64,000 nucleotides of DNA from NCBI GenBank assembly GCA_046757665.1, contig JBHHYO010000006.1, positions 822-64,821 of the forward strand. The letters are read 5' to 3'. Made by a program: the position numbers and the translations under genes. The DNA is from Nitrospinales bacterium (GTDB lineage: Bacteria; Nitrospinota; Nitrospinia; Nitrospinales; JAJDAT01). Every line of letters begins with the position of its first letter. Within the stretch, counting starts at the first letter, position 1. The notes below the pieces were generated by a model. That model ran no database searches, had not been told where the DNA came from, and worked only from the letters and a program-made list of their open reading frames with translations. This document shows, piece by piece, positions 58,320 to 64,000 of this stretch.

Positions 58320-61091
58320 TCAGACTTGCCAGCCTTTGACCGTGCAAAGTTTGAGCAGGGCGGGCAGGAGGGTGACCGAGGCGACCAGGCAACTGCCCAC
58401 GCCCAGGGTGAGCACCAGGCCCAGGCTGTAAATCCCCTGGTGGTCCGCCACCATCAGGCTACCAAAACCGATCATGGTGGTCAGGGAGCTGACCACTACG
58501 GCCCGGCCCGTGCTTTTGGAGAGCACGCAGATTTCCTTGTTCGCTTCTTCCCGATAACGGTGGATGATGTGGACTCCGGCGACAACCCCGATGCCGATGA
58601 TCAAGGGCAAAATGACCAGGTTGGCCAGGTTGAATTTCACGTTCAGCCAGTCCATGATGCCGATGGTCCAAACCGAGCCGACCAGCGTCGGCAAGAGGAT
58701 GAGGAAAGTCGTCCGCAGGTTTTTGCAGGTGGTCAGGATATAAAGGAAAATGGCGGCCATGGCGTAAATGCCGCCCTTGATGTAGCCTTCCTTCATAAGG
58801 CGGCTGGATTCGTACATGTGGACGGCGTTGCCGGTGACATTGGGATCGATTTGCCGGATTTGCCGGAGGAACTGCTCCATGGCCTGGCGTTCCCAGATGC
58901 TGATGTTGGGAAACACGGAGATCAGGTATTTGCCGGTTTTGCCGATGAATCGTTTCCGCAGGGAGTGGGGCAGGTCTTCGATGCGCACCGGGGTGGGATG
59001 CGCCGCGGTTTGCAGGTCGCGGATTTTTTCCCGGTAGTCGGCGAACAGTTTTTCCGAGTAGAGGCTCAGCCGCCGGGCGGCCGTGTCTTCGTCCAGGTTG
59101 CGGATGTCGCGCAAGAATTTTTGCGCCCAGTAGTGGGCTTCCTCCACCGAACCGGGCTCGATTTGTTCCAGGCCGGTGTCCGGCGTTTTTTCCCGGCTTC
59201 TGAGCTTGAACACAATCCGCTTCATGGTCCGCGTCAGCCCTTTTACGGACAGGATGCTGTCTTCGGGTTCGACTTCCAGGCCATCCAGCATGGGAGCGAG
59301 CGTTTTGATCGTTTCGATTTTTTGTTCCTGGTTGTCGGGCAGAATGGAGACGATGCTTTCGGCGTTGCCGACGGTGGGCAGGGCCTTGATGAGCTTCAGT
59401 TTTCGTTTGGCCTCGTCGAGGGAAGAGGTGATTACCGCGGCGTACCAGGTGGAGCGCTTGGCGCCTTCGATGATTTTCAATTCATACTGGACGGCCTCGG
59501 TTCCCTTGGCTTGCAGTTTGAGGATGTTGTAATCGAAGGTGAGGTCTTTCAGCGACCACCCCGCCCAGACGACCGACACGGCGGAAATCACAATGATCCA
59601 CCGGTAATGGTCGAAAACCCGGTCCAGGGTTTTTGAGTTCGCCGTCTGGACGGAGCGGTTTCGATAGATGTTGCCGCGGTGTTTTTCCTCCAGGGTGACC
59701 AGGGCCGGCAACAGGAGGATCATCGCCACGAAGCAGAGTATTATGCCGCCGCCGGCGATCCAGCCCAGCTCGGCGATTCCCTTGAAATCGGTCAACGTCA
59801 TCGCGCCGAAGGCGATGGCGGTGGTGATGGCGCCGGCAAAGTTTCCCATGCCGGTGCCGCGGATGGTTTTTTCCAGTGCGGTGATGATGTCCTTTCCGGA
59901 CGATCGTTCCTCCCGGTATCTTTCGAGGATATGAACGCCGAAGTCGATGCCCAGGCCGATCAGGATGGTGGTGAACACAACGGACAGAATGTTCAGGTGT
60001 CCGACGGTCAGGGTGGTAAACCCCATCGCCCAGCAAATGCCGATGACCAGCGAAAACACCGCCAGCAACGGTTTGACGATGCCTCTGAAAAAAGCCACGA
60101 ACAGGAGCACCACGCCCACGAGGGCAATCTGCGAGGCGCGGGTGACGTCGTGCAGGGTCACCACCATTTCGTCGGAGGCGATCACGTCGCCGCCGGTCAG
60201 GCCGACCTGGACATCCGGAAACCGCGGTTTCAGGCCGCGGATCAAACTGCGGATGACTTCAATGGATTTTCTCGATCCGGTAAAATCGTTCTTGGTCGCC
60301 TTGGGTTTGAGGAGAATGAACATCATGCGCTCGTCCTTGGACACCAGATAACCTTTGTTGGCGAGGGAGTCCTTTCGGTCGGACAAAAAGGATTGCCAGG
60401 GCGAGCGAAAATGCGTTTCCCCGTTCAGATAGGCCGTCATCTGTTTGAGGATCGAAATCAGCAAGCCCAGGTCGGCGCTGTCATCCTCCGGGCCTTCACT
60501 GGAGTCCTCATCGCCCAGAAAATCGGAGAGCAGGGTTTCCACCATCCCCGAGCTGATTTTCGCGTTGATGCTTCTGAGTAGCTGGTTCAAGCCCGGCGCG
60601 GCGTTGACATCTTCCAGGAAATCCTGGTGGGCTTCGATTTTTTCCTTCAGGTCCTGCAATTCGTGAGGCTTGAGGTACAGGAGCGCCCGTTTTTTGAAAT
60701 AGGCGGTATCCACCTGGTAAAAGATTTGCGAGAAAACGGAATGCTTCGTATTCAATTCCTGCGCCAGGGCGTGGGTGAAGCCTTCCATCTGGTCGGGATT
60801 GTTGCCTTCCACGACGATGATCATGCCGTCGAAATTTTCGAATTCCTGGCGGTAGGCTTCATTGCGCTGGTTGTAGGGGAGGTCTTTGGAAACCAGGTCC
60901 CCCCGGCTGGTATTGAATTTCAGGAAGTGGCTGGTCACCCATATGGAAGCCAGGGCCAACAGGAGGGAAAACAGAATGACGGTTTTGGAATAGGCGTAGG
61001 CGAACCGCTCCACCTTGACCAACAGCCGGTTGACCCCTCCGGGGGACTTGTCGGACGTTGGCGGTACTTTGGCTGAGACGGGCGAAACCAT
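58320..61091 (-). CDS. MMPL/RND transporter, HpnN-like (hopanoid export)
   Basis: Two 6-TM halves, GLGIDFGVH, large periplasmic loops. Confidence 0.85.
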   Translation of the reverse strand: MVSPVSAKVPPTSDKSPGGVNRLLVKVERFAYAYSKTVILFSLLLALASIWVTSHFLKFNTSRGDLVSKDLPYNQRNEAYRQEFENFDGMIIVVEGNNPDQMEGFTHALAQELNTKHSVFSQIFYQVDTAYFKKRALLYLKPHELQDLKEKIEAHQDFLEDVNAAPGLNQLLRSINAKISSGMVETLLSDFLGDEDSSEGPEDDSADLGLLISILKQMTAYLNGETHFRSPWQSFLSDRKDSLANKGYLVSKDERMMFILLKPKATKNDFTGSRKSIEVIRSLIRGLKPRFPDVQVGLTGGDVIASDEMVVTLHDVTRASQIALVGVVLLFVAFFRGIVKPLLAVFSLVIGICWAMGFTTLTVGHLNILSVVFTTILIGLGIDFGVHILERYREERSSGKDIITALEKTIRGTGMGNFAGAITTAIAFGAMTLTDFKGIAELGWIAGGGIILCFVAMILLLPALVTLEEKHRGNIYRNRSVQTANSKTLDRVFDHYRWIIVISAVSVVWAGWSLKDLTFDYNILKLQAKGTEAVQYELKIIEGAKRSTWYAAVITSSLDEAKRKLKLIKALPTVGNAESIVSILPDNQEQKIETIKTLAPMLDGLEVEPEDSILSVKGLTRTMKRIVFKLRSREKTPDTGLEQIEPGSVEEAHYWAQKFLRDIRNLDEDTAARRLSLYSEKLFADYREKIRDLQTAAHPTPVRIEDLPHSLRKRFIGKTGKYLISVFPNISIWERQAMEQFLRQIRQIDPNVTGNAVHMYESSRLMKEGYIKGGIYAMAAIFLYILTTCKNLRTTFLILLPTLVGSVWTIGIMDWLNVKFNLANLVILPLIIGIGVVAGVHIIHRYREEANKEICVLSKSTGRAVVVSSLTTMIGFGSLMVADHQGIYSLGLVLTLGVGSCLVASVTLLPALLKLCTVKGWQV

Positions 61092-61200
61092 AAGTCAAAT
61101 ACGAAAAGGGAGGATAAAACTCAAAGAGGGGGTAATGAAAACACGAAAACCCGGGAACCGCAAGAGGCCTTAGATCGTTCGGAGATGGTCTCCCTCTTCC

Positions 61201-61809
61201 TTAAAATTCAAAACCCACAGAAATCACGCCGGTGTTGAGCCCGATATTCGGGGATTCAATGCCGCCGTTGGAAACATGCAGGAGCCTGTAATCAACGGAA
61301 AAATCTCCTACGGGAGTGTCATAAAATTCGATCCCCACGCCCGCATGTAGCAGAAACTGAAAATCGCCGGTGATCTCGCGGACGTCCCGGTCAAAATCGG
61401 TGTAGGCAAAGCCGATGCCGGCCAGAAACGTCGGCGCCCATTTTCTTGTGGGCTTGACGAACTTGTATTTTAACATGGGGGAGAAGCCGGCGAGAACGCT
61501 GGTGTCGGGATGCTGGAACGCCAGGACGGTGGCTTCCGCCACGAAATTAAGGTTTCCCTGGTAAAAGGATCCCTTGGCGATGTTGCCGGTGAGGTCGTAT
61601 TCGAGGTTGGGAGCGAAAAACCCGTATTGGGAGTCCACCCGGTCTTCGCTGGTGGGGAGATTAAACCCAAATCCGAATCCGACATCCAGCCCGTAACCGA
61701 CATGCCCTTTGTGAAAGCGTGTGGGGGTGGAGTTGCCGGCACTGGCTGTTTGGTTTGAACTTAGAATCAGCAGGAACAGTAGTACGAGCACGCATTTGAA
61801 GTTCTTCAC
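61201..61809 (-). CDS. Acyloxyacyl hydrolase / PagL-like outer-membrane beta-barrel
   Basis: Signal peptide, FQF, H.SNGGI..PN.GLN catalytic motif, terminal F. Confidence 0.82.
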   Translation of the reverse strand: MKNFKCVLVLLFLLILSSNQTASAGNSTPTRFHKGHVGYGLDVGFGFGFNLPTSEDRVDSQYGFFAPNLEYDLTGNIAKGSFYQGNLNFVAEATVLAFQHPDTSVLAGFSPMLKYKFVKPTRKWAPTFLAGIGFAYTDFDRDVREITGDFQFLLHAGVGIEFYDTPVGDFSVDYRLLHVSNGGIESPNIGLNTGVISVGFEF

Positions 61810-62096
61810 CCGGGCCTCCTCAAAGGGGCGTTTTTTTTAACAAAAAAATCGAGAAGCGATTTTAGCACAAAGGCCTGTTTTTGTTAATGAATAATTAAAA
61901 CTCCTTTTGTCCGGCAAGATTGCTCCCTCCCTGCGCGTCCGAGTGCTTCGGGAGACTTTGTAGGGATAGCGCCGTTTGCGGGGACAAACCGGAGAATTTT
62001 GCAAGATATCTATGAAGGAACCGCCTGAATATGGTATGGTGTCGTTATAAAAATGAAAACCTTTCGTATTTCCATGGAAAAAGGGGGTGAGACCTT

Positions 62097-62357
62097 ATGA
62101 TGGGCATCGGTTTCCCTGAATTGATGATTATTCTGGTCATCATTATGATTATCTTCGGCGCCGGGAAACTCCCGGAAATCGGCAGTGCGTTCGGCAACAG
62201 CATCAAGAATTTTAAAAAGTCGATGAGCGAAGCTGAAGCAATCAAAGACGAGGCGGACGTCGAACAAGCCGTTCTGGAGTCTGATACGGATTCGACCCCG
62301 CAAGCGCAGGACAATGCAACGGCCTCTTCCGCGGAATCGGAAAAGGAAAAAGTGTGA
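62097..62357 (+). CDS. tatA: Twin-arginine translocase TatA
   Basis: GIG.PEL..I....IIFG.GKLPEIG..FG..IKNFKK. Confidence 0.93.
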   Translation: MMGIGFPELMIILVIIMIIFGAGKLPEIGSAFGNSIKNFKKSMSEAEAIKDEADVEQAVLESDTDSTPQAQDNATASSAESEKEKV

Positions 62358-62553
62358 CAGGTTTCTTCCCGTGGCCATGAAGTTTTTCAGGAACGAGGCA
62401 ATGCCGTTGGGTGGACAAAATTCCCGAATTGCGAACCTTTTCTTTGTGAGAATCATCGAAAATACAGGCAGGGTTTTGTCTCTCCCGAAAAGCGACAGTT
62501 CCAAAACTCGTGTGATATGCTCCCGATTCCCCGCTATTCATAGGGATTAACCC

Positions 62554-63189
62554 ATGCCTGCTCATGGACAAAACGTAACCCGGAATCCGGGTAGAGTCGA
62601 AAAAGAAGAGGATCTGGTTCGAGACCTGAAAAAGGGAGACCTGAAGGCGTTCGACGAGTTTGTCGAACGGTACCAGAAAAAGGTTTATGCGCTCGCGTTT
62701 AACATGACGCATAATCCGATGGACTCGCAAGATGTGGTGCAGGAAGTCTTGCTGACGATATTCAGGAAAATCGGCACATTTCAGGGCAAATCGGCTTTTT
62801 CCAGTTGGGTGTACCGGATTACGTTAAATGCGGTTTACATGAAGTTGCGAAGCAGGAAGAAGCAACAGACAGTTTCCCTGGACGACATGCTTCCCAATTT
62901 TAACCACTCCGGATATCATCAGGAAAAAATCCGGGATTGGTCGCAGAACTCGGAATCTTTGCTGTTCTCCAATGAAACGCGGGAGGTCATACAAAGTGCG
63001 GTCAACCTTCTTCCGGAAAAGGAAAAGGTGGTTTTCATTTTGCGCGATGTGGAAGAGTTGTCCACCGAAAAAGTCAGTGAGATTTTGGATTTGACCGTCC
63101 CGGCGGTGAAATCCAGACTGCATCGGGCGCGGCTGTTTTTACGGAAAAAGCTTTCCAATTATTTTGAAGAGTATCGAACCCGGGGGTGA
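62554..63189 (+). CDS. ECF RNA polymerase sigma factor
   Basis: D.VQE, F..WVYRI..N, VKSRLHRAR. Confidence 0.93.
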   Translation: MPAHGQNVTRNPGRVEKEEDLVRDLKKGDLKAFDEFVERYQKKVYALAFNMTHNPMDSQDVVQEVLLTIFRKIGTFQGKSAFSSWVYRITLNAVYMKLRSRKKQQTVSLDDMLPNFNHSGYHQEKIRDWSQNSESLLFSNETREVIQSAVNLLPEKEKVVFILRDVEELSTEKVSEILDLTVPAVKSRLHRARLFLRKKLSNYFEEYRTRG

Positions 63190-63193
63190 AATA

Positions 63194-63433
63194 ATGATTT
63201 GTTGTAAAGAATGTCTGGATCTGCTGTATGGCTATCTTGAAGGCGAGTTGACCCCGGAGGTTCATGCGAAGCTGAATGAGCACTTTGAAGACTGTCCCCC
63301 CTGTATCGCGTTTTTGCAAACCTATCAAACCGCTACGAAGATTTGCCGGAAGACGTTGAAGTCCGTTGAGGTTCCCGAAGAGGTGCAAGTCAGGCTTCAG
63401 GTTTTTCTTAATGAAAATATCAGAAACAAATGA
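63194..63433 (+). CDS. zf-HC2 anti-sigma factor (soluble)
   Basis: Y.EGEL, HFEDCPPC (HxxxCxxC), directly after ECF sigma. Confidence 0.88.
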   Translation: MICCKECLDLLYGYLEGELTPEVHAKLNEHFEDCPPCIAFLQTYQTATKICRKTLKSVEVPEEVQVRLQVFLNENIRNK

Positions 63434-63631
63434 TTTTGTTCCGGCCGCTTCCGCCCCCCCATCGCTTTCTCGCGAGAGGCTTTATTCTTTTTCCCAGCAT
63501 TGACAAAGCCGGGGAGTTTTTCTATATTCTAAAGATAAGCGATCATCGGCAAAATTCCCAGGGAAACGATGTCAAACGCTACCACGGGACCGAAAAACAA
63601 TTGCTGTAAAACATGGTTTGGGCTTTTCGTT

Positions 63632-64000
63632 ATGGTAGAGATGAAAGTTGAAGGGCTTACGTTGGATCCCTTGACCAACATGCCCATAATTATTTTAAAG
63701 GATTTGACCGGGACCAAGGCGTTGCCGATTTGGGTGGGCATTTTCGAGGCCAATGCCATTGCCCTGGAGATTGAGAAGATATCCACCCCGCGCCCCATGA
63801 CACACGACTTGCTGAAGAATATGATCCATGGCTTAAAAGCCAAAATCATTCATATTCTCGTCAACGAGCTTAAGGACAACACGTTTTACGCCGTCATTTC
63901 CCTCAAGTCCAACGGGAACACCCTGAACATCGATTCCCGCCCCAGTGATGCCATCGCCTTGGCTCTGCGAGTCAAAGCTCCCATATTCGTTGAGGAAAAG
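63632..64000 (+). CDS. Bifunctional nuclease (DUF151) family protein, 3'-truncated by window edge
   Basis: Translates MVEMKVEGLTLDP..LPIWVG.FEA..RPMTHDL..DSRPSDAIALA; absent from ORF track because there is no stop. Confidence 0.9.
   Translation, partial: MVEMKVEGLTLDPLTNMPIIILKDLTGTKALPIWVGIFEANAIALEIEKISTPRPMTHDLLKNMIHGLKAKIIHILVNELKDNTFYAVISLKSNGNTLNIDSRPSDAIALALRVKAPIFVEEK

Overview
Bacterial chromosomal window, GC-rich core with several AT-rich patches. The five-subunit-type 2-oxoacid:ferredoxin oxidoreductase next to sucCD, hopanoid-type genes and flagellar genes suggest a reverse-TCA chemolithoautotroph such as Nitrospinota (inference). About 65 mostly housekeeping CDSs (rodA, rng, ychF, glnD, rlmD, kdsA, proB, csrA/fliW, mutS, ybeY, phoH, folE/queD, ndk, sucCD, fliDS, tatA) and one tRNA-Phe. 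No CRISPR array, rRNA or integrase was found. The unexplained structure is non-coding. (1) A ~460-bp bipartite intergenic element occurs twice (10670-11126 and 56994-58171). One copy is nearly empty; the other holds a truncated IS1182-like transposase and a train of half-repeats from several REP-like families. (2) Two ~1-kb toxin/nuclease cassettes are each bracketed by a duplication of the last 26-27 bp of the upstream host gene (ndk and an ABC-ATPase). (3) A GxxExxY gene is bounded by 26-bp inverted repeats. (4) A ~105-bp REPIN-like palindrome occurs three times. All alignments and counts were done by eye, and family assignments come from motif recognition, not database searches.
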